A stretch of DNA of 53,564 nt from an uncultured Patescibacteria group bacterium (lineage in GTDB: Bacteria > Patescibacteriota > Patescibacteriia > Veblenbacterales > UBA10138): assembly GCA_937929825.1 (NCBI GenBank), contig CALFUV010000007.1, positions 1 to 53,564 of the forward strand, in the 5' to 3' direction. The notes beneath the pieces were generated by a model. The model made no database searches and was not told where the DNA came from. It saw nothing but the letters and a program-made list of their open reading frames with translations. Positions 29,272-38,016 of this stretch are shown here, piece by piece (the stretch's first letter is position 1; every line of letters begins with the position of its first letter). A program made the position numbers and the translations under genes.

Positions 29272-30693
29272 ATGACATTATTCTCCAGACGCCTGATATA
29301 CCTATCTTTTATATTAGTTTTTATAATTGCTGGTTTTTTAATACTGTTTTATTTACAAGGATACAGATTTGATACAAACGACTGGGAAATTAAAAGAACT
29401 GGGGCTATTCAAGTTGAATCAAGACCAAAAGGAGCTAAAATTAAACTTAACGGCCAAATACTCTCAAATAGTACACCAACTACGATTCTTTCTCTTTCGC
29501 CGGGTGAATATAATTTAGATATTATCATGGAAGGTTTTCAAACTTGGTCCAAAAAAATAAAAGTTCTGCCATCTGAAGTTGTTTTTTCGGGTGATGTTAT
29601 ATTATGGCCAGAACCGAATACCGGGCAACCCTTAGAAATAAACGGGCTACAAAAATCATGGTTATCAAATAATGGAGAAAGCTTATTATACTTAACCAAA
29701 GCAAACAGCGCCTCCGAACTTTGGTTGTTAAATCTTAAAAGCAGTCAAACTAACTTATTAACCAGAACAACTGAATCGGAAATTATTAATGCTGTTTGGA
29801 GTCCTTTAAATAGAGAAATATTAATTCAGGAACGAATTAAAGATAAAAATTTATGGAAAATTTATAATTTAGAAAATGGACTTTGGGAAGAATTACCAAC
29901 TCCCGGTAGTTTAAATTTTAATGTTGTTCAATGGAGCAAAGAAAAAAACTTATTATACGCCTCAACAACAACTGAATTATATGAAATAAACTTAAAAAAC
30001 AATTCCCATAGAATTATCTGGCGTGAAAGACTAGTTGATTTTAGGATACGTCATAATATTGTATTCGGCCTTAACCGAAACGGCGAAGCTCTCAATCTTA
30101 AGCTTTTAAATTTATCAAACTTAAAAACTTTGCCCCTGCCAGAAATGTCAATATTATCATCTAATGTAAATTTTCTTGATAATAGCGGTGATTGGGTACC
30201 TTTATTTGATATTGACAGGCACACTCTTTATTTATTAAATTCGCCTTTAATTGAAGAAAAACCAATTCGGCGATTGCCAGATGTTACGGCTATAAATTGG
30301 CAAAACGAAAACAGTCTTACTATTACTAATAATTTTGAAATATGGCTTTATGATCCTCAAAAGGATTCTTTGGAATTTGTGGAGCGTTTAGGCACAAGCT
30401 TAAATGGGGCTTGGCGTTATGCAGAAGAGCAATACGTTATTTTTTACGGAGCTAATGAGGTTTGGGTAATTGAACTTGATACTAGAGGAAATCGCCAACG
30501 CTGGTTATTAAGTAATTATGAGCAGGATGTTGTAAAAATAATGCTAAGCCCAGACCATAAAACACTCTATGTGCAAACTACAACTGATATATACCGTCTT
30601 AATCTTCAACCAGAAACCCGTTCTTTCTTGCAGCCAACTGATTTGCCCTCAACAATGATTCAAAAGTACCTGCGTCCGTCCAATAACCAGTAA
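29272..30693 (+). CDS. Membrane-anchored PEGA-domain protein with probable beta-propeller
   Basis: N-terminal TM, GYR...TGAIQVESRPKGAKIKLNG...TP...LSPGEY (PEGA), repeated WS-type blades. Confidence 0.8.
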   Translation: MTLFSRRLIYLSFILVFIIAGFLILFYLQGYRFDTNDWEIKRTGAIQVESRPKGAKIKLNGQILSNSTPTTILSLSPGEYNLDIIMEGFQTWSKKIKVLPSEVVFSGDVILWPEPNTGQPLEINGLQKSWLSNNGESLLYLTKANSASELWLLNLKSSQTNLLTRTTESEIINAVWSPLNREILIQERIKDKNLWKIYNLENGLWEELPTPGSLNFNVVQWSKEKNLLYASTTTELYEINLKNNSHRIIWRERLVDFRIRHNIVFGLNRNGEALNLKLLNLSNLKTLPLPEMSILSSNVNFLDNSGDWVPLFDIDRHTLYLLNSPLIEEKPIRRLPDVTAINWQNENSLTITNNFEIWLYDPQKDSLEFVERLGTSLNGAWRYAEEQYVIFYGANEVWVIELDTRGNRQRWLLSNYEQDVVKIMLSPDHKTLYVQTTTDIYRLNLQPETRSFLQPTDLPSTMIQKYLRPSNNQ

Positions 30694-31330
30694 GTTTAGA
30701 AAATTTCATAGTTCCGGCCTTAATATAATAATTATTAACATCTGTAATTTCCAACTCACCCCGAGAAGATGGTTTTAATTTTTTTATTATTGAAAAAACT
30801 TGAGTGTCATAAAGATAACAGCCGGTTACTACCCAATTAGAAGGCGACTTTTGGGGTTTTTCAATAATTTCAATTATTCTATCACTCTTAACACAAGCTA
30901 CACCAAAACGAGAAGGATTAATTACTTCTTTTAAGAAAACATGAGCGCCTATTGGCTCCGTTGCAAAATTTTTTATACTACCAGATAAATTATCCTCATA
31001 AATATTATCTCCTAAAATAGCCACCACCGGCTTATTATCTGCAAAATCTTCAGCTAATCCCAGGGCTTGGGCAATTCCCCCGGGCTCATCCTGAAGTTCA
31101 TAAGAAAGTTTAACTCCCCACTCCTTGCCTGACCCAAGTAAATGTAAAAAATGACCGGCATGCTCTGGCCCAGAAACGATTAAAATTTCTTTCAAACCAG
31201 CTTGCACCAAAGTTTCTAAAGGATAATAAATCATGGGCTTGTTGTATATAGGCAACAAATGCTTATTGGTTACTTTGGTTAATGGCCTAAGACGAGTACC
31301 TAGACCACCGGCTAAAATCACTCCTTTCAT
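30599..31330 (-). CDS. rmlA: Glucose-1-phosphate thymidylyltransferase (short SpsI/RmlA form)
   Basis: ILAGGLGTRLRPLT..NKHLLP, LGDN, EKP, RGELEITD, WTDAGT. Confidence 0.93.
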   Translation of the reverse strand: MKGVILAGGLGTRLRPLTKVTNKHLLPIYNKPMIYYPLETLVQAGLKEILIVSGPEHAGHFLHLLGSGKEWGVKLSYELQDEPGGIAQALGLAEDFADNKPVVAILGDNIYEDNLSGSIKNFATEPIGAHVFLKEVINPSRFGVACVKSDRIIEIIEKPQKSPSNWVVTGCYLYDTQVFSIIKKLKPSSRGELEITDVNNYYIKAGTMKFSKLTGYWTDAGTFESLLRANQLAARKNGFLVED

Positions 31331-31723
31331 AATACTATTCTATCACCTTTATCAGTCTAACTCTAGCATAAATTTTAATCTGATCACCAGTTTTGAAATA
31401 TAAAATTATATTTTTAAATCCAAAACCATTCATGATCATAAACTAACACAATAGATCTTTGCCAAATAGTTTTCTAAAATCTATTCTTGGCATTAAACCA
31501 CCCGAACTTAACTCATCTTTATTTGTCATAAAATTAAATTCATTTAAATTATTATAAAAAAATTGTTTTTTATTTGTCAGCCTTTACAAAAAATTTTTAA
31601 TAAACCTCTTATATTTTATACATATTTTAGACTAACTATATGATGAATCAAATAAAGAACAATTATTGAAACAATACCATATACCATTAAACTTATTTAT
31701 TCTATTTAATAAATTTTGTACAT

Positions 31724-32566
31724 TTATAAGCCAATATAATCAACCAAGGCTTTTTGCCAAAAACGCAAAGGTGAAAATTTTCTATTAATAAGTATGCCCC
31801 AACGAGGCCGATTAGCCGCTGAACAATACTCAGTTGAAGCGATTGGTAAAAGTGGGGTCTTTAATTTTTTAATTCGCCAAATTTCTTGGGCTATTTCATA
31901 CCATGAACATACTCCCTCGTTCACTAAATGATAAATTCCAGGATTATAATGTCCCTTTAACAAATTAACAACTGCTTCAGCTAAATCTTTAGTATAAGTA
32001 AGTTTACCATATTGATCATTTACTACTTTAACTTCTGCTCTTTCCTGTGAAAATTTAATAATAGTCTCAATAAAATTCATAGCTCTGGGTTTACCGCGCT
32101 GCGGCGTTTTACCATATAACCACGAAGTTCGTATTAAAAAACCATGTTCGTATTCTATCACATATTTCTCTCCCGCTGCTTTTGATTGACCATAAATATT
32201 AATTGGGTGAGGTAAAGCAGTTTCGTCATAACCTGACTGGTTTTCTCCATCAAAAACCATTTCCGTTGAAAAATGAACTAATTTAGAGCTAATTGCTCTA
32301 GCTCCGTCAACTAAAAATCCAATTGCCTCACTATTTAATTTATATGCTACTTCCCTATTTAATTCAGCGCCATCAACATCAGTAAACCCAGTGGCATTAA
32401 CTATAATATCAGGATTAATTTTCTCAATTATTTCTTTTACCGCTACGCTATTAGTAATATCAACCTCCTCTCTGTCAACTCCTACTACTTTATTTGTCCA
32501 CGCTTTCAATTGTCTTTCTAAATCATTTCCCAGCATACCCCGATTACCAAACAACAAAATAGGCAT
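31724..32566 (-). CDS. rmlD: dTDP-4-dehydrorhamnose reductase-like SDR
   Basis: GNRGMLG, TDVDGAE, STEMVFDG (variant of STDYVFDG), YGQSK, RTSWLYG, NDQYG. Confidence 0.88.
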   Translation of the reverse strand: MPILLFGNRGMLGNDLERQLKAWTNKVVGVDREEVDITNSVAVKEIIEKINPDIIVNATGFTDVDGAELNREVAYKLNSEAIGFLVDGARAISSKLVHFSTEMVFDGENQSGYDETALPHPINIYGQSKAAGEKYVIEYEHGFLIRTSWLYGKTPQRGKPRAMNFIETIIKFSQERAEVKVVNDQYGKLTYTKDLAEAVVNLLKGHYNPGIYHLVNEGVCSWYEIAQEIWRIKKLKTPLLPIASTEYCSAANRPRWGILINRKFSPLRFWQKALVDYIGL

Positions 32567-32585
32567 AATTTATTTTATTCCAAAA

Positions 32586-32984
32586 TTAATGATTGATAGC
32601 TTGCTTAAATTCATTATAATCTGTAATATAATCTTCCCTTTTAGGGTTATAAGATGTGGAAGATATTGCTATTACTACTGTACCTGCCTGCCAAACTTCA
32701 AAATGATGCCATACATAATTACCTACATATATCGCATCGCCTACTTTCAATTCTATATCCTGACATACTTTACCATCATCAATTTGCATTATTGTCATAC
32801 CGCGAACACAAAAGAAAACTTCTTGTTCAATTTTATGACAATGTGAACCGGATGGCTTTATGCCGTCAACAATAGCATAAACTCTTTTAATCTCAAAAGG
32901 CACATGTTCTATAACCTCCAAAGGTATTAAGGTGAACCTTTCGTCTGTATATACTGGTAATTTGAATTTTTTGAACTTGTCCAT
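32586..32984 (-). CDS. FdtA/QdtA (WxcM-like) cupin, dTDP-sugar 3,4-ketoisomerase family
   Basis: PFEIKRVY, GSHCHK, VWH, Y...DYI..Y..F pattern. Confidence 0.85.
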   Translation of the reverse strand: MDKFKKFKLPVYTDERFTLIPLEVIEHVPFEIKRVYAIVDGIKPSGSHCHKIEQEVFFCVRGMTIMQIDDGKVCQDIELKVGDAIYVGNYVWHHFEVWQAGTVVIAISSTSYNPKREDYITDYNEFKQAINH

Positions 32985-32987
32985 AAT

Positions 32988-33995
32988 TTATGATAAATGT
33001 GCATTCATATCTATTCGCCTTTTTTCAAGTTTAGCGACCCACTCCGTATTTTCCTGATACCATCTGATAGTATTCTTAATTGCCTGTTCAAATTTATATA
33101 AAGGCCGCCAGTCCAATTCTCTTTCTATTTTAGAAGAATCTATGGCATAACGACGATCATGGCCCGGCCTGTCAGCGACAAATGTAATTAATGATTCCGG
33201 TTTACCTAATTCTTTTAAAATTATCTTGGCTATTTCTAAATTTGAACGCTCATTATGTGCACCAATATTATAAACTTCTCCCGGACTTCCTTTACGCAAT
33301 ACTGCATCTAAAGCGGCACAATGATCCAAAACATAAATCCAATCACGAATATTTTTCCCATCACCATACAAAGGTAGAGGTTCATTACGCATGGCTTTAA
33401 AAATGAAAAAAGGAATCAACTTTTCGGGAAATTGATAAGGGCCATAATTATTAGAACAATGAGTAACACGGACATCAGTACCGTAAGTTTTAAAAGCCGC
33501 CCTCGCCAACATATCGCCACCGGCTTTAGCTGCCGCATAAGGCATATTAGGCGCTAAAGGAGTACTCTCAGAAAAAGTTTCATCTGAATCCAAATTTAAA
33601 CTACCATAAACTTCATCGGTTGAAACCTGCACCATTATTTTGACACTATGCCGTCGCATAGCATCCAATAAAATTTGAACCCCTAAAGTATTTGTTAAAA
33701 CAAATTCACGATTACCCGAATGAATACTTCTATCTACATGGGTTTCAGCTGCAAAATTAACAATTGCTTCAATATTATTATTTTCTAACACTTTACTTAC
33801 TGACGTTTCACTAGTTATATCACCTTGAATAAATTGATAACGCTTGTTATTAGCCACAGCCGCTAAATTATCTAAATTACCAGCATAAGTTAATTTATCA
33901 AAATTAACTATTTCTGAATCAGTATAATTTTCTAACTGATAACGAATAAAATTTGAACCAATAAATCCAGCACCGCCGGTTACAAGTAATTTCAT
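32988..33995 (-). CDS. rmlB: dTDP-glucose 4,6-dehydratase
   Basis: VTGGAGFIGSN, DKLTYAGN, AAETHVDRSI, STDEVYG, YAAAK, NNYGPYQFPEKLIP, DRPGHDRRY. Confidence 0.97.
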   Translation of the reverse strand: MKLLVTGGAGFIGSNFIRYQLENYTDSEIVNFDKLTYAGNLDNLAAVANNKRYQFIQGDITSETSVSKVLENNNIEAIVNFAAETHVDRSIHSGNREFVLTNTLGVQILLDAMRRHSVKIMVQVSTDEVYGSLNLDSDETFSESTPLAPNMPYAAAKAGGDMLARAAFKTYGTDVRVTHCSNNYGPYQFPEKLIPFFIFKAMRNEPLPLYGDGKNIRDWIYVLDHCAALDAVLRKGSPGEVYNIGAHNERSNLEIAKIILKELGKPESLITFVADRPGHDRRYAIDSSKIERELDWRPLYKFEQAIKNTIRWYQENTEWVAKLEKRRIDMNAHLS

Positions 33996-33998
33996 ATA

Positions 33999-34244
33999 CT
34001 AAGTATCAATCTGCCTACTTAATAAATATCTTTTTTAGGGCTGAGATTAAACATCTATCTTAACACCTAGGCTTTCTAATTTTTTAAAACTGCCTGCTGA
34101 TCTATTTCTGCTAAAACATATAAACAAACAGATGTTTTTCAGCCTGCTAATAGCTAATATACGACTCTTAGCTAAAGCCGCTGCCAATCCTTTTACCAGC
34201 GGCATATACTGACCAGCCCAATCAATTATTTTTTGTCCTTTCAT
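33999..34244 (-). pseudogene. ahcY: Adenosylhomocysteinase remnant (N- and C-termini only)
   Basis: N-terminus KGQKIIDWAGQYMPLV resembles AhcY G..KIEWA...MP. C-terminus AEIDQQAVLK/(frameshift)/KLESLGVKIDV*SQP*KRYLLSRQIDT* resembles EID..VA..KL..MG..ID.LT..Q..YL.SW..GT*. Two in-frame stops, a frameshift and a large internal deletion. Confidence 0.8.
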
Positions 34245-34274
34245 AATTATTATTTTAACACATAAATAATATTC

Positions 34275-34658
34275 CTAGCGACGCCTTTTAGATTGGGCCT
34301 TCCTTACTCGTTCCTCTGAAGAGCCAAAATGATGCGCCAATTCATGCCAAATGGTTTCTGCAACTTTGTTTTTTACCTCTTCAAAATTAAAACAAGAATT
34401 AACTATTGGTTTTTTGAAAATTGTTATTTTATCAGGCAAAGCGCTGTAACCTACGCCGCGGACAGTTTGCGGTACGCCTTCATACAAACCAAATAAACTC
34501 TGTTTAGGCGGCATATTTAATTTATATAATTGCTGGACTGATGGCTCTTCCTCCCACACCACAACAACATTACTTAACAGTTTTCTAAATTTCTCCGGAA
34601 TCCTTAATAATGAAGCTGTTATCAAATTTTCGAATTCTTCATTGCTAATCTCAACCAT
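34275..34658 (-). CDS. Zinicin-like metallopeptidase
   Basis: LFGLYEGVP, PDKITIF, HELAHHFG. Confidence 0.9.
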   Translation of the reverse strand: MVEISNEEFENLITASLLRIPEKFRKLLSNVVVVWEEEPSVQQLYKLNMPPKQSLFGLYEGVPQTVRGVGYSALPDKITIFKKPIVNSCFNFEEVKNKVAETIWHELAHHFGSSEERVRKAQSKRRR

Positions 34659-35076
34659 GGACTAAGATTTCTTTAATGCTGGCTCTTATTTTTTTGGCTA
34701 TTTCATCCATTTGATTACCTTCATATTCTTGAGCAGGCCATAATTCTAAACCGTCCTTATTCTTCCTGGGAATAACATGAACATGGGTATGAAAAATTAC
34801 CTGTCCTGCTGATGAGCCGTTATTTAAACCTAAATTATAACCATCAGCTGCTACACCTTTCATAATACCCAAAGCTATTTTACGCACTACAGTATAAAGA
34901 CGACCAATAACTTCAGGTGGCGTGAGATCAAATCTGTCAAAATGAGCTTTAGGTATTACTAAAGTATGGCCATAACTTACCGGATGAATATCTAAAAAAG
35001 CTAAAAACTCCTGATCTTCGTATACTTTAGATGATGGTATAATATTATTGACTATTTTACAAAAAACACAATCCAT
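34651..35076 (-). CDS. HIT family nucleotide hydrolase
   Basis: CVFCKI, GHTLVIPK, AGQVIFHTHVHVIPR histidine triad. Confidence 0.95.
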   Translation of the reverse strand: MDCVFCKIVNNIIPSSKVYEDQEFLAFLDIHPVSYGHTLVIPKAHFDRFDLTPPEVIGRLYTVVRKIALGIMKGVAADGYNLGLNNGSSAGQVIFHTHVHVIPRKNKDGLELWPAQEYEGNQMDEIAKKIRASIKEILVHG

Positions 35077-35077
35077 A

Positions 35078-35560
35078 TTAATACAACATTAATTCCTGCC
35101 TTACTCGGGCAATAAAAGCTTGGGCAGCTTCTTTTTCTTCTTCTGCTGGTGCCCAAGTAGGGTATTTTTTATGACTATGATCTTGCCACGGACCCTCTAC
35201 TACCTCATATAAAGCCGTAGCTGGTTCGAGAGCTACTGTCATATGCCAAGCGCCGGGCGGAACTTCAACCCCCCACGGACTTTTGCCAAATTCCAGTACT
35301 ACATGTTCTGATATCCGGCCGTCCTCGGCAAACAATACCACTAATAATTTACCTTGTAAAACTATAAATACCTCCACTTTGTCTGGATTTTCATGCTTAT
35401 GCGGTCGTACATAAGAATCTGTTTCTAAAACCGATACAAGTCGCTGAATTTTCTCATCATTGGAAACATGCATAGCATAAGAACTGCGGCGTCTGGCAGA
35501 ATTTTCTGCTGCTCGCGTTACATCTTTAACAAGGCTATCATCAATTAATTTTAATTGCAT
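35078..35560 (-). CDS. WbuC-family cupin-fold metalloprotein
   Basis: RRR...MH, QRL, SYVRPHKH, E.F.VLQG, PPGAWH, EGP, WAP.E. Confidence 0.85.
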   Translation of the reverse strand: MQLKLIDDSLVKDVTRAAENSARRRSSYAMHVSNDEKIQRLVSVLETDSYVRPHKHENPDKVEVFIVLQGKLLVVLFAEDGRISEHVVLEFGKSPWGVEVPPGAWHMTVALEPATALYEVVEGPWQDHSHKKYPTWAPAEEEKEAAQAFIARVRQELMLY

Positions 35561-35564
35561 AAAT

Positions 35565-35858
35565 TTAATTAACTTTCAAAGCTAGTAATACAATGATTAT
35601 AGCAAAAATTATTAGACTTGTGTACCAAGTTAACTCATATGACTTAACCTTACTACCAGCCAGCCAGCTTGCCAAACCTCCAGCTAAAATAATATTTAAA
35701 TCAAAATACAAACTAACCATCCCCGGCCTAAATAATTCCAAAGAAAAAAGCAATAACCAGCTTATCAACAAACCTACACTCATTTCAGCCAAAAAAATTC
35801 TTACCGCCGCAATCACCCGATTATTTACAAATTTAGCCCATAAATCAATTAAAATCAT
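35565..35858 (-). CDS. Small hypothetical membrane protein
   Basis: 97 aa with ~3 hydrophobic segments; in operon with its neighbours. Confidence 0.6.
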   Translation of the reverse strand: MILIDLWAKFVNNRVIAAVRIFLAEMSVGLLISWLLLFSLELFRPGMVSLYFDLNIILAGGLASWLAGSKVKSYELTWYTSLIIFAIIIVLLALKVN

Positions 35859-36379
35859 AATTGTTTAATTATTCTAAACCACCAATCAATGTCAGCTTTT
35901 TTCCGATTTAAACTAACTTTAGCACCTTTAATCACAACATCGCCTGCCTGCAAACCGGGAGAAGAAATTATAAATCTTATCTTATTACCCGGCCGAACAT
36001 ATTTTATTTCCCTAGCCTCATAATTATAATACGCCAAACCATCAGCTGATTTGACAATTTCTTGTTCTTGAAAATCAAAAGAGAATTCTGGTCCTGTTTG
36101 CAAACCAAGTTTAATAGGCGCAGAATCTGCTGTAACTAATAATTCTAAAGATACTCTGCCAGTTCTAATAGGCACCCGAAGATCTATATATACCGGTTCT
36201 TGTTGAATAATTATGCCAGTAGCGCTTCTTTCCACCCGGCCAGCCGGTAGCAAAACATCAAAATAAGCAGTTCGCTGGCTAAAATCAGTAAAAGCGACTA
36301 ATAAACTATTAGCCCAAAATGACTGATAAAATATATAGCCTAATAATATCACTGGTATTAACCAACGAATGTGTCGCAT
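35855..36379 (-). CDS. Hypothetical protein with N-terminal membrane anchor
   Basis: 174-aa ORF overlapping the downstream gene; no family recognised. Confidence 0.65.
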   Translation of the reverse strand: MRHIRWLIPVILLGYIFYQSFWANSLLVAFTDFSQRTAYFDVLLPAGRVERSATGIIIQQEPVYIDLRVPIRTGRVSLELLVTADSAPIKLGLQTGPEFSFDFQEQEIVKSADGLAYYNYEAREIKYVRPGNKIRFIISSPGLQAGDVVIKGAKVSLNRKKADIDWWFRIIKQL

Positions 36380-36383
36380 ATTA

Positions 36384-37982
36384 TTAGTTTAAAAGATAAA
36401 ACTGATAAAGACTAAAATCCTGCCAACCATACTGCTTAATAGCTAAACCTAAGTTATAATTTTTAAGATTCAAATTAATCCTCTTCAAATCATCAGGTCT
36501 TAATGTTGATCTAAACCAATAAACGGGTATTTGATTTTGTACTAATCTAACTACTGCCTGATAATCAGTTGAAGATGCTAAGTTATAAATAACAGACCTT
36601 TCCGGCCAAAATATTTTATCAGTTAAGCCGGTAACAATGACGCTATTTGGTTCGGTTAAGGCCTGAACCTCTCTGTTCCAATTTTCAAATCTTTTAACAT
36701 TTGCTTTTATTTGGCCCAAACCCTCCAACGGTTCCCACCAAACTAAATTGATTGATAAAATAATATAACCACCAAATAAACCAAAAACTAAGACTCGTCC
36801 CCATTTTTTTTGCCATACCTTACTTATAAAAACAGCGGCAGGCCATAATAAAAGGCTAAAAACAGGCAACCAATAACGAACATAAGAAGTGCCAATAGTA
36901 ATAGCATTGGGATCGGGATTATCGTTAAAAAGCCAACTACCATAAACAACAACCAGCCAAACACTAATTAATAAGACAACTAATAAAAATTTTTGAGCTT
37001 GTTTTGTTTGTTGTCGCCAAGTAAATAAAAAATAAACCAAACCAACCATAACAAAAATTGCCCACCACCAAATTAACTGCCATAAATAATTTTTAGCAGT
37101 AAATAAAATAACGCGTGGATGAAAACCAAAAGGTAATAATAATTGCGGCAATAATCCCAAGGCCTGTGGTATATTAGTTACTTGTTTTAAATCTTGACTA
37201 TAACCAACTGATATAATTGAACCATAAATGCTGTAATTAGTCACAAACACCGGCAAAAAACTAATCAATGCTCCTAAAATTAATAACCACAAATACCTAA
37301 CAACCACCTGATGCCAATTTAAACTTAACCAAATTAGACCACAGGTCACCAACCAAAAAATTTCTGAAGTTCTCATAGCCAAAGCCGCACCTAGAGCCAA
37401 TCCTCCAGCTAAATATGGCCACGGCTTACCATTTTTAATAGCTAACATTAAACAAACTATAGCTAAAAGCAAAAAATCAAAAAACAGGGCATTGTGATAA
37501 AAAGATCGGCTATGGTAATACCAAAAAGCTGGATGAAAAGCCAATAACAAAACAGCTATCAAGGCTGAGCGTTTATCAGATAATTCTCTTACCAACCAAT
37601 AAAAACAGGACAAACCTATAATTGCCGCTAAGGGGGTTATGAGGGGCATAATGGACTGACCAAAAATACGACCCAAAAAACCAATCAACAGTGGTAAACC
37701 TAAAAAGCTGGCTGGCGCTAATTGTCCTTTAATTATATGGGTGCTACGAGGATGAACTATGGGTTCTAAAGTTATTTCATTTAAACCTGCTGGCGCTGTT
37801 AAGCTATAGCCTTGAGCTAGACGATGAGCAAAATAAGCATTAGCTGCTTCGTCTGGAGAATTAAAACGCCGGGGCAGATTAAAATGGAAACTGCCATATA
37901 AAAATAACCCCAGGGGCACTAATAATATAATCAGGTAATAAAATCGAAATTTAAATAATTTTGAAGAAATAACCATATTCAT
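36384..37982 (-). CDS. GT-C fold (PMT/ArnT-like) membrane glycosyltransferase (start possibly 37976)
   Basis: SPDE acidic loop motif after the first TM, many TM helices, R.SE, RYWLP, extracellular C-terminal domain. Confidence 0.78.
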   Translation of the reverse strand: MNMVISSKLFKFRFYYLIILLVPLGLFLYGSFHFNLPRRFNSPDEAANAYFAHRLAQGYSLTAPAGLNEITLEPIVHPRSTHIIKGQLAPASFLGLPLLIGFLGRIFGQSIMPLITPLAAIIGLSCFYWLVRELSDKRSALIAVLLLAFHPAFWYYHSRSFYHNALFFDFLLLAIVCLMLAIKNGKPWPYLAGGLALGAALAMRTSEIFWLVTCGLIWLSLNWHQVVVRYLWLLILGALISFLPVFVTNYSIYGSIISVGYSQDLKQVTNIPQALGLLPQLLLPFGFHPRVILFTAKNYLWQLIWWWAIFVMVGLVYFLFTWRQQTKQAQKFLLVVLLISVWLVVVYGSWLFNDNPDPNAITIGTSYVRYWLPVFSLLLWPAAVFISKVWQKKWGRVLVFGLFGGYIILSINLVWWEPLEGLGQIKANVKRFENWNREVQALTEPNSVIVTGLTDKIFWPERSVIYNLASSTDYQAVVRLVQNQIPVYWFRSTLRPDDLKRINLNLKNYNLGLAIKQYGWQDFSLYQFYLLN

Positions 37983-38016
37983 ATTATACCAGTAAGAAAT
38001 GCTACAATGATACTAT

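Noticed and set aside
34047-34244. 65-aa ORF as a functional small protein
   Set aside because: It is a chimaera of out-of-register ahcY fragments, and homology continues past its stop codon.
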